From Larkinella sp. (GTDB taxonomy: Bacteria > Bacteroidota > Bacteroidia > Cytophagales > Spirosomataceae), in NCBI RefSeq assembly GCF_965227735.1, contig NZ_OZ245776.1, forward strand, positions 760,852 through 824,851: DNA of 64,000 bases. The letters run 5' to 3'. Positions 46,836 through 54,656 of the stretch are shown piece after piece. The position numbers and the translations under genes were made by a program. Under the pieces are notes generated by a model. It was not told the origin of the DNA. It saw nothing but the letters and a program-made list of their open reading frames with translations, and made no database searches. Each line of letters opens with the position of its first letter. Position 1 is the stretch's first letter.

Positions 46836-48092
46836 TTATCCTCTTAATATCGAAACCGGGTCCACTTTTGAAGCTTTGCGCGAAGGAAAATAACCGGCTA
46901 AAACAGTCGTCATCAACCCGAAGAGCAGCCCCATTCCATAGTATTTCAAATCAAAAATAACCGGGAACGTTTTGAGGCTTACAAAGCCTCCCGTATCGAA
47001 GGGGGTGATTGATAATAAATAACTGAGCGTAAAACCAATGGCTAATCCCATAAAACCGCCCAATAAACCAATAAAAACCGCCTGGAACAGAAAAATCAGG
47101 ACGATATCTTTTCCCTCAAAACCGGTCGCTTTTAGAATGGCGATGTCCTTTATTTTATTGATGACATTCATGTTCATGATGTTATAAATGCCAAACCCAG
47201 CCACCACCAACAGCGTCATCGATACCACAAACGTCATGACATTCCGGATTTTTTCGCCTGCCAGGATGGCCGAGTTTGCCGTGGCCCAATCTTCTGTATA
47301 ATATCCGTACATGGCCCGCAGTTTTTTACCCAGTGGCAGTGCCCGCAACGGATCGAACATTTTGATGTGAATATCGGTCACGTAGCTGGCATCTTTCTGC
47401 AAAATCTCCTGCACCGTCGACAGATTGGCGTAACTCTTGGTGTTATCGACCGTTCCGATGCCAAACCCAAAGGTTCCGACCACCCGCAGAATCATCGTCC
47501 CCCCCGTCGGCGTGGTCACACTCACCTTATCCCCCTCGCGAACGTTGAGCTTCCGGGCCAGCACATTGCCCATAATCAGGCCATTCGGGTTGCTCCGCAA
47601 GGCTTCAATGGTTCCGGATTTTAACCGGCTTTTCAGGTTGTACAGGCGGTTTTCACGATCAATGTCAACCCCGGAAATCGTGCCGGAAATCTGAATGGGA
47701 CCATTGTTATAGAACGCCTGCGTGCTGAGTTGGGGCGAAACCCCCAGCACGCCCGGTTCCTGCTCAATCCGGCGGGCGATCAAAAAACCGTTTTTCAGCC
47801 GTGACAACTGTTCCTTCGGTTTCTGGTGGTGGATGACGTTGAATGCCGAGTCGCTCCGATTCAACTGGTCGATCAGGGCGGGGCGTTGCGTGTTCACCTC
47901 GTTGTACATCCGCACGTGCGGACTGGCGTCCAGCGCCGAGTCTTCCAGAAACTGGTTGACGCCCTGCATGAACGAAATCATGGTGATGAACATGGCAATC
48001 CCGAACGTCACGCCCAGCATGGCAACGAGGGTTTGCCGCTTCTTCGACAGCAGGTGCGTTTTGGCAATCTGGGTGGTGATGCTGAGATTCAT
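46836..48092 (-). CDS. ABC transporter permease (LolC/E-MacB family)
   Basis: KKRQTLVAMLGVTFGIA, KIKDIAILKATG, YFPSRKASKVDPVSILRG; start moved to ATG 48092. Confidence 0.93.
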   Translation of the reverse strand: MNLSITTQIAKTHLLSKKRQTLVAMLGVTFGIAMFITMISFMQGVNQFLEDSALDASPHVRMYNEVNTQRPALIDQLNRSDSAFNVIHHQKPKEQLSRLKNGFLIARRIEQEPGVLGVSPQLSTQAFYNNGPIQISGTISGVDIDRENRLYNLKSRLKSGTIEALRSNPNGLIMGNVLARKLNVREGDKVSVTTPTGGTMILRVVGTFGFGIGTVDNTKSYANLSTVQEILQKDASYVTDIHIKMFDPLRALPLGKKLRAMYGYYTEDWATANSAILAGEKIRNVMTFVVSMTLLVVAGFGIYNIMNMNVINKIKDIAILKATGFEGKDIVLIFLFQAVFIGLLGGFMGLAIGFTLSYLLSITPFDTGGFVSLKTFPVIFDLKYYGMGLLFGLMTTVLAGYFPSRKASKVDPVSILRG

Positions 48093-48113
48093 GAAATTTA
48101 AAGGTGGTTGTTG

Positions 48114-48187
48114 CACAGAGTTAATCAGAGGGTATCAGAGAAAATCGTTGATTAACTCTGCTATCCTCTGATTAACTCTGTGTAATT
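48114..48187. repeat. CAGAG 10-mer-armed hairpin, copy 1
   Basis: Perfect 18-bp arms at 48114-48131 and 48165-48182; units CAGAGTTAAT, CAGAGGGTAT, CAGAGAAAAT. Confidence 0.85.
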
Positions 48188-48190
48188 ACT

Positions 48191-49342
48191 TCATTCTGGA
48201 TTAACCACAACAGACTTCTCGTTCAAACCGCTTTTCACCTGAACCAGATCGAAATTTTCGGCGCCCTTCACGATTCGAATCTTCTTTTTTTCGCCGTTCT
48301 CACTCACCCAAACGCTATCATTTCCAACCACATACGACTTCGGAATCGTCAGTACCCGGTTGTTCTGGCTGATGATGATGTTGGCTTCGACCGTCAATCC
48401 GTAATACGCATCGGGCCGTTCACCGACAAAATCCGCATCGACCCGGAACGACTGATCGACCCGGTTCAGCTTCGGATAAATCTTCCGCACCCGGGCTTTG
48501 AACACTTTATTGGGATAGACATCCGCTTTGACGACCACGTCCTGCCCCTGCCGCATCTTTCCGAAATCGCTTTCATCGACCGCCAGTTTCACATACACAT
48601 CATGACCGCTTCCAATCAGCGCAAGCTGGTCGTTCCGGCGGATGACTTCGCCCGGTTCTTTCAAAATCTCGTACACCTTACCATCCACAAAACTCCGGAC
48701 GCGGGTATTGCCCTGCTCCTGCCCGCTGGCCACGTACTGACTCCGTGAGTTTTGCAAGTCGACATACAACTGATTCCGGGTGCGTTGCAGCGAACTTCGC
48801 CGGGCGGTATAGTCGTTTCGGGATGTCTGGTAGGCCAGTTGAACCCGCTCCAGTTCGGCTTTGGAAGTCGCGTTTTGCTGGTACAAATCCCGGTAACGGG
48901 CATAGTTGACCGAGTCGTTGGCCAGGCGGGTTTGCGCCGTGCGAACCTGCGCTTCGAGTTCGGCTAAAACCGGCGAGTTGTCGCTCAGGTTGGCCTGCGA
49001 CTGCCGGTAAATGTTGGCCGTAGCCTGTTCACGTGCACCCTGCGTAATGCCTTCCAGCACAAACAGCAACTGACTGCGTTTGACCGAATCGCCTTCGCTG
49101 ACGAGCTTTTGTTGCAAAATACCGTCGGCATTGGCCAGCACTTTGTACTCATTCCGCGGGTAAATACCGCCCGATGCATAAACCGCTTCCGTCAGGTCTC
49201 TATAAGTCGGCGAAGTGCCTTCTTCTTTCCGGTTACAGCCGGATAAAACCGCTATAGCCAGCAGAATGAGTCCCTTTCGCTTTCCCGCAACGGATGAAAG
49301 CAGGCATCTGTGTGCAGTTCCGGGGTGTGCTTTATTGTCCAT
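48191..49342 (-). CDS. Efflux membrane fusion protein (periplasmic adaptor)
   Basis: Lipobox-like LSGC; biotinyl-lipoyl halves, alpha-helical hairpin, VKLAVDESD, LTIPKSYV; start probably ATG 49342. Confidence 0.92.
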   Translation of the reverse strand: MDNKAHPGTAHRCLLSSVAGKRKGLILLAIAVLSGCNRKEEGTSPTYRDLTEAVYASGGIYPRNEYKVLANADGILQQKLVSEGDSVKRSQLLFVLEGITQGAREQATANIYRQSQANLSDNSPVLAELEAQVRTAQTRLANDSVNYARYRDLYQQNATSKAELERVQLAYQTSRNDYTARRSSLQRTRNQLYVDLQNSRSQYVASGQEQGNTRVRSFVDGKVYEILKEPGEVIRRNDQLALIGSGHDVYVKLAVDESDFGKMRQGQDVVVKADVYPNKVFKARVRKIYPKLNRVDQSFRVDADFVGERPDAYYGLTVEANIIISQNNRVLTIPKSYVVGNDSVWVSENGEKKKIRIVKGAENFDLVQVKSGLNEKSVVVNPE

Positions 49343-50645
49343 TTCTGATCTGCAAAATCGTCTGATTAATAAACACATTCGACAACGTATTCAGGTAGCG
49401 GTTCTGGGCGTTCAACGACTCATTGAATACGTTCAGATACTGGTCGTATGCAAAAACTCCCGCCCGGTATTTCACCAGGGCAATCTGCGTATTCTGCTCG
49501 TTCAATTCGAAATTCTGCCGGTTAAAAACCAGCGAACGAACGGCCTGGTTATACGCATTCAGAATATCCTGATTGTCGACTTCCGCGCGCATTTGTTCAT
49601 ACGCCAGTTCGGTCTGGGCCTGCTCGATCCGCAGCCGGGCGCGGCTCAGGTTAGCCGTTCGCAAGCCGCCCGTATACAGGGGAATATTGAGTTGTAAACC
49701 GGCTACACCAATAGGAAACCACTTTTCGCTAAAATCCAGAAAGTCGAACTGTTTCCGTTGCGCCTGGGCCGAATACCGGGCATATACCGACAAAGTTGGC
49801 CATCGTAAGGCATTTTCCCGGTTCAACTGCTGTTGAAACAGCGCCAGTTGCGAACGGCGAACGATGATCTGTGGGCGTTCGACGGTTCCGTTCAGGGCCG
49901 CAAAACCGGTTTGCGCAGACGACCCAATAAGATCCTGCTCCAGCACCAGCGAATCCTGCACGGTAAGCCCCAGCAACACTTTCATCTGGTTTCGGTTGCG
50001 GACATAACTCAGTTCATTTTGCCGCAGCACATCCTCGGCCGTCAGCCGGATGGATTGCAGGCGGTTGTATTCCAGCGGTTCGATCTGGCCTTTTTCCAGC
50101 CGATACCGGGCAATGGTCGCGACAGTATCGGCGTTGGCCACGTTTCGGCGGGCAATGTCGATGGCCGAACGGGTCAGCAGCGTGGCGTGGTACACCCGCG
50201 CAACCTGCGTCGCCACCTCGTCCTGCAACACCAGATTCTGGTCGTCGATGATCCGTAAATTCTGGTTGGTCAATCCAACATCCAGGCGGTTCGGGCGACT
50301 CAGCAAGGGCATCGAAACCTCCACGCCCGCCGTCAGGTTGAATGGGACGCCAAATTGCAGTGACCGGAATTCGCCGGGCTGACCACCCAGAAACTCCGCC
50401 GGAATCAACTGCGTCGGCAGGGCATAATTATAGTCGAGGTTGGTAAATGCCCGGGCCGTTGGCATCAGGCCGGCGCGGGTGGCGGCCCGTTGCTGCTCCT
50501 GCGTGATGCGGTTTTGCCGGGCAATTTTCAGATCGGGATTTTGCTGCCGGGCCAGTTGAACGGCCTCCTGCACCGTCCGAACGACGGTTTGCGCCCCTCC
50601 TTCACGGCAGACTAACAACAGGATGACGATGAACACCTTTTTCAT
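49332..50645 (-). CDS. TolC family outer membrane efflux protein
   Basis: Signal peptide from ATG 50645; EAVQLARQQNPDL, VARVYH, RWPTLS..., GLQLNIPLYTG. Confidence 0.93.
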   Translation of the reverse strand: MKKVFIVILLLVCREGGAQTVVRTVQEAVQLARQQNPDLKIARQNRITQEQQRAATRAGLMPTARAFTNLDYNYALPTQLIPAEFLGGQPGEFRSLQFGVPFNLTAGVEVSMPLLSRPNRLDVGLTNQNLRIIDDQNLVLQDEVATQVARVYHATLLTRSAIDIARRNVANADTVATIARYRLEKGQIEPLEYNRLQSIRLTAEDVLRQNELSYVRNRNQMKVLLGLTVQDSLVLEQDLIGSSAQTGFAALNGTVERPQIIVRRSQLALFQQQLNRENALRWPTLSVYARYSAQAQRKQFDFLDFSEKWFPIGVAGLQLNIPLYTGGLRTANLSRARLRIEQAQTELAYEQMRAEVDNQDILNAYNQAVRSLVFNRQNFELNEQNTQIALVKYRAGVFAYDQYLNVFNESLNAQNRYLNTLSNVFINQTILQIRNGQ

Positions 50646-50707
50646 ACACGAATCGAAATTCCTGTACAAATCAAAAAAAAAGGTTTCTCCTTGTCTTTTT
50701 TACCTCC

Positions 50708-50759
50708 GCGAACCGGAAGAATAAAGCCCCAAACCGGACATTTAGGCGAGCGAATGAAT
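50708..50759. promoter_or_regulatory. Putative LytTR-binding direct repeats (21-bp period) upstream of tolC
   Basis: GCGAACCGGA (50708), CCAAACCGGA (50729), GCGAATGAAT (50750). Confidence 0.5.
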
Positions 50760-50760
50760 C

Positions 50761-50787
50761 AAAAAAGGCAACCCGCTGCGGATTGCC
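50761..50787 (-). terminator. Intrinsic terminator after the lipoprotein gene
   Basis: Minus strand GGCAATCCGC-A-GCGGGTTGCC-TTTTTT. Confidence 0.75.
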
Positions 50788-50820
50788 CTCTGGTTCGGTT
50801 TTATTTTGCGAAACCGGTCT

Positions 50821-51597
50821 TCAATACGTATACCGGATAATTCCTGCAATCATCACGCACAGAAAGGGATTGTTCACCTTGGTTTCTTCGGTTAAAATCC
50901 GCCCCTGTTTATCGTAGATCTTTTCAATTAGCGCAATTTGATCGCTGCTGTTGGGTAAATGTTCGCTGATTTGCCGGCGGTTTCCGGCGAACGTATGCGT
51001 AAACAAGCGAAATGCTTTATCGGTATCCAAATACCATGTTTCGCGGATCAACACATTCTCCTGATATTCATAGACCACTCGCCGACTCAGTTTTTGGTTG
51101 GAATCGAACCACTTTTGCTCTGTTTTTTTTCCGTCTTTATACGTGTATTCGACCAGACCGGTCAGCACGCGTTGCTCCGGATTACGCTGGTTGAAATAAT
51201 TTCGCTCGGTTTTCAGCACCCCATCGGCGTACTCATACTCGGTTTCTTCGTAAGCGACCCATTCGGAAGCACTGCCGTATTTGCCAAACCGGGTTTTTCC
51301 AACCAACTGACCATTCGAATTATAACGGTATTCATAGTACGAATACGTCTCCATTTTCCCGCTGGCGACCCGGCCAACGTAATCGATTCGTGTCAACTTT
51401 CCGGCCGAGTTGTAGGAGTACTTTTCAATGTTGTTGGGGTTATCACAGTTGGTGCCGTTGCAATAGAGCTTTTGGGTCGGCGACGCTTCGTCGTTGTAGG
51501 TATTGCCGCCGGGTTCGATGCCAAATTCAGAAGAGTCACCGGGCTGACAGGCTAGCCACAAGGATGCCGAAAGCAACAGAAGTAGTCGGTTTTTCAT
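50821..51597 (-). CDS. Hypothetical lipoprotein with YD/RHS-like beta-hairpin repeats
   Basis: Lipobox LWLAC from ATG 51597; repeated YSYNSAGKL, YRYNSNGQL, YTYKDGK, YDKQGRIL segments. Confidence 0.75.
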   Translation of the reverse strand: MKNRLLLLLSASLWLACQPGDSSEFGIEPGGNTYNDEASPTQKLYCNGTNCDNPNNIEKYSYNSAGKLTRIDYVGRVASGKMETYSYYEYRYNSNGQLVGKTRFGKYGSASEWVAYEETEYEYADGVLKTERNYFNQRNPEQRVLTGLVEYTYKDGKKTEQKWFDSNQKLSRRVVYEYQENVLIRETWYLDTDKAFRLFTHTFAGNRRQISEHLPNSSDQIALIEKIYDKQGRILTEETKVNNPFLCVMIAGIIRYTY

Positions 51598-51693
51598 AAG
51601 AGAACGGGGTTTGGTCATTTGGAGGGTAGACCCGATAGTCACCTGAACCGTTGGAAGTTACCCTCAAATTATTATCATCATCACACGTATCGT

Positions 51694-52015
51694 AGCCCAA
51701 CGGGCTACCATCACTAGCCCCGGACATCGTCCGGGGAACCCGGGGCGTCGTTCGGGGAACCCGGGGTGTCGTTCGGAGAATCCAGGGTGTCGGGAAATTC
51801 GGGCATCCGAAACAGGTACGATTAACCGCCTAGCACCCTGAAAAGATATATTCCAATTCTATTCAACCCTTTCAGGGTTCTACTCAGACCAGCATAAGCC
51901 ATTAGCCCCGGACGATGTCCGGGGTTAATGATGAAGAGCCCTTCGGGCTATATAATCGCCCCTCACCAACAGCCCAACGGGCTGTCATCATTAGCCCCGG
52001 ACATCGTCCGGGGAA
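51694..52015. repeat. Cluster of three ~45-bp bipartite REP-like elements plus an ACCCTGAAA inverted pair
   Basis: AGCCCnnnGGGCT, spacer, CCCCGGACATCGTCCGGGG at 51694-51738 (+), 51906-51949 (-) and 51971-52015 (+); ACCCTGAAA...TTTCAGGGT at 51835-51878. Confidence 0.88.
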
Positions 52016-52034
52016 TCGGGATGGTCGGGGCGTC

Positions 52035-52262
52035 CGGGTATCCGGAAAATCCGGGGCGTCCGGGGAAATCCGGGACGTTCGGAAAATCTGGGGTATCCTG
52101 GAAATCCGGGAAATCCGGGGCGTTCGGAAAATCTGGGGTATCCTGGAAATCCGGGAAATCCGGGACGTTCGGAAAATCCGGGGTATCCTGGAAATCCGGG
52201 GTGTTCGGAAAATTCGGGGTGCCCGGAAAAATCCGGGGCGTCCGGGAAATTCGAGGAATCCG
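52035..52262. repeat. GC-rich 9-bp tandem array with 45-bp higher-order period
   Basis: CCGGG/GGAAAT-type nonamers; CGTTC recurs at 52076, 52121 and 52166, then TGTTC at 52202. Confidence 0.9.
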
Positions 52263-52378
52263 GAGCGGTTTTATTCAAAAAAATCCTCCAAACAAAAAAT
52301 GCACAGATGGTGTATGGTATTACACCGATGCTGTAATTTCCGGAACGAATACCGGCCCAATTGCCTATACTTGACCCC

Positions 52379-53623
52379 ATGAACCAACCCCTGCAATCCC
52401 AGATCAGTGAGGTCCTACAAAAACTGGAAACCTTGCTTGATCGTGTCCCGGAGTCTGTCGCCAAAGACGTCCGCCAGGAAATCCGCGAATTCCGCCAGTT
52501 GCTCGTTGAAACGCGTTCTCCCCGTTTTGCCCTCGTCGGACGGCGGGGCAGCGGCAAGTCATCCCTGATCAACGCGATTTTTGGGCGGAAGGTCGCGGAA
52601 GTGGGTCACGAAAAAGCCCAAACCGGCGAAGCCACCTGGTGGCCGTATTCGAGCGACATGGGAACCCTCGACATTCTGGACACCCGCGGTTTACAGGAGG
52701 GTTCGCGCCCCGACGAAGCCGATGCCGCAGCCTCTCCCATCGAGTCGATCCTCAACGCCTTAAAAGAGAAAGCCCCGGATTTAATCCTGTTTCTGATCAA
52801 GGCCACCGAAGCCGATGCCGGGATCAACCCCGACCTCGAAGCGCTCACGGAAATCAGTAAAACCGTTGAAAAAGTCCACAATTACCGCCCGCCCATTCTG
52901 GTCGTCGCCACCCATTGCGATACGCTCGAACCCAAAAATGTGCGGTTGCACCAACCGGAAGACGAAGACCCGGACGACCTGAACGAAAAGCTGGAACGGG
53001 TCAAGGTCATTGAAAATCTGCTCAAAACGAAATTCGAAGCCGACCCGTATCTAAAAGAATCGCTGATTACGGTACTGGGCGTCTCATCGTACCAGTCCTG
53101 GAAAAATGACGCTCTTCGCTCCGACGAGCGCTGGCGGATCGATGAATTGCTGGATTATATTTTCAATGAACTGCCGAAAGAAGGCAAACTGGCTTTTGCC
53201 CGGCTGAGTCAGGTTCGTACGCTCCAGGAGTCGATTGCCAACCGGCTCACCAAAGTGGTCGCAGCCATTTGTGGAGGCATTGCCGCCGTTCCGATTCCAT
53301 TGGGCGATATCATTCCGATCACTTCGTTGCAGATCACGCTGATCATCGCCATTGCCTACGTCGCTGGTCGTCAGTTGAGTCAGGATACCGCGAAAGAATT
53401 CCTAACCGCCATCGGGGCTACAATCAGTGCGGGTCTGGTGCTGCGCGAACTGGCCCGGGCTTCCGTCAAAATCTTCTTTCCGGGGGTGGGCAGTGCGGTT
53501 TCCGCCGGTATTGCGACCACCGCAACCCTGGGCATCGGCAGAGCGGCAACCACTCACTTCATTCAAAAGAAAAGCATTGAGAAAGCCAAAGCGGTTTTTG
53601 AAGGGGAACGAAGCAAGGCATAA
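52379..53623 (+). CDS. TRAFAC GTPase (YeeP/YfjP/IRG-like) fused to DUF697/YcjF-like C-terminal helical domain
   Basis: G1 GRRGSGKSS, G3 DTRG, G4 THCD; C-terminal IAAVPIPLGD...LQITLI...; start ATG 52379 follows TATACTTG (52366-52373). Confidence 0.85.
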   Translation: MNQPLQSQISEVLQKLETLLDRVPESVAKDVRQEIREFRQLLVETRSPRFALVGRRGSGKSSLINAIFGRKVAEVGHEKAQTGEATWWPYSSDMGTLDILDTRGLQEGSRPDEADAAASPIESILNALKEKAPDLILFLIKATEADAGINPDLEALTEISKTVEKVHNYRPPILVVATHCDTLEPKNVRLHQPEDEDPDDLNEKLERVKVIENLLKTKFEADPYLKESLITVLGVSSYQSWKNDALRSDERWRIDELLDYIFNELPKEGKLAFARLSQVRTLQESIANRLTKVVAAICGGIAAVPIPLGDIIPITSLQITLIIAIAYVAGRQLSQDTAKEFLTAIGATISAGLVLRELARASVKIFFPGVGSAVSAGIATTATLGIGRAATTHFIQKKSIEKAKAVFEGERSKA

Positions 53624-53698
53624 GCCCCTAAATCCCCTGAAGGGGACTTGGACTCGCCAATTTAGGATGCAAAAGTCCTCTTTAGGGGATTTAGGGGC
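53624..53698. repeat. REP-like inverted doublet between convergent genes
   Basis: GCCCCTAAATCCCCTGAAGGGGACTT (53624-53649) and AAGTCCTCTTTAGGGGATTTAGGGGC (53673-53698), 24/26 complementary. Confidence 0.88.
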
Positions 53699-53702
53699 GT
53701 TT

Positions 53703-54560
53703 TCACTTCCGGTCGATTCCCTCCAACACCCGACGGATCTGGTTGGCTTTGGCCATAAATTCAAATGAATCGTCCAGGTTCTGATCGTCGATAATGGCTT
53801 TAAACTGCTGCAAAAATTCGATGTAATCGGCAAGAGCCTGGGAGACATTCGTCCGGTTCTGGTCGAAAATGGGGGCCCACATTTGCGGAGAACTTTTCGC
53901 CAGCCGCACCGTGGAGCTAAAACCGGTGCTGGCCATGTCGAAAATGGCCTGTTCGTCTTTTTCCTTTTCCAAAACCGTCAGTCCCAACGCAAAGGCACTG
54001 ATGTGGCTCAGGTGCGAAACGTAGGCCAGGTGCAAATCATGCTCCTGTGGGTTCATGTAAAAGAGCTTCATGCCGATGTCGCTGAACAAGGCCTCCACCA
54101 GTTTCAGACTGTCATGGTCGCTTTTCTCCCGGTCGCAAATGATGAGGTTTTTACCGGGCAGCAACTCCCGGAAAGCCGCCCCCGGCCCCGAATTTTCGGT
54201 CCCCGCCATCGGGTGAACAGGCACAAACTGCGACCGTTTCGGATGATTATCAACCAATTGGCAAATCAGTTCTTTCGTTGATCCCAGGTCGGTGACGGTG
54301 GCTCCTTTCGGCAATTGATCCAGAATCCGGGGCAGCAATTCCAGAATGCTGTTGACGGGTGTAGCCAGCACAACCAGGTCGCTGATGTCCACGGCCTCGT
54401 CCAACGGTTTCATTTCGTCGACGATGCCTTTAGCCAATGCCAATTTGCCATGCACAGGAGACGCATCCACGCCGATAAATTTCGCCTTCGGGTATTTCTC
54501 CCGAACCGCCAGCGCAAACGACCCACCCAATAAACCCACTCCAATGATTGTGATTACCAT
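53703..54560 (-). CDS. tyrA: Prephenate dehydrogenase
   Basis: IIGVGLLGGS, TDLGSTK, HPMAGTE, HDLHLAYVSHLSH, GFSSTVRLA; start moved to ATG 54560. Confidence 0.95.
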   Translation of the reverse strand: MVITIIGVGLLGGSFALAVREKYPKAKFIGVDASPVHGKLALAKGIVDEMKPLDEAVDISDLVVLATPVNSILELLPRILDQLPKGATVTDLGSTKELICQLVDNHPKRSQFVPVHPMAGTENSGPGAAFRELLPGKNLIICDREKSDHDSLKLVEALFSDIGMKLFYMNPQEHDLHLAYVSHLSHISAFALGLTVLEKEKDEQAIFDMASTGFSSTVRLAKSSPQMWAPIFDQNRTNVSQALADYIEFLQQFKAIIDDQNLDDSFEFMAKANQIRRVLEGIDRK

Positions 54561-54575
54561 ATTATTTTGCTCCGC

Positions 54576-54649
54576 TTCCCTCTGATGTACTCTGATCAAC
54601 TCTGTGTAATCGTTGTTTCACAGAGTTGATCAGAGTACATCAGAGGGAA
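54576..54649. repeat. CAGAG 10-mer-armed hairpin, copy 2 (arms in reverse order)
   Basis: Perfect 31-bp inverted repeat at 54576-54606 and 54619-54649. Confidence 0.92.
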
Positions 54650-54656
54650 TCAGGGT

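Noticed and set aside
51694-52262. Possible CRISPR array
   Set aside because: No constant repeat with unique equal-length spacers and no cas genes. Units are inverted or directly tandem.
51915-52572. ORFs 51915-52382, 51928-52374 and 51991-52572, including a collagen-like PGFPGYPG reading
   Set aside because: Three frames stay open only because the nonamer array lacks stops. All overlap REP hairpins or the GTPase start and show no domain outside the repeat.
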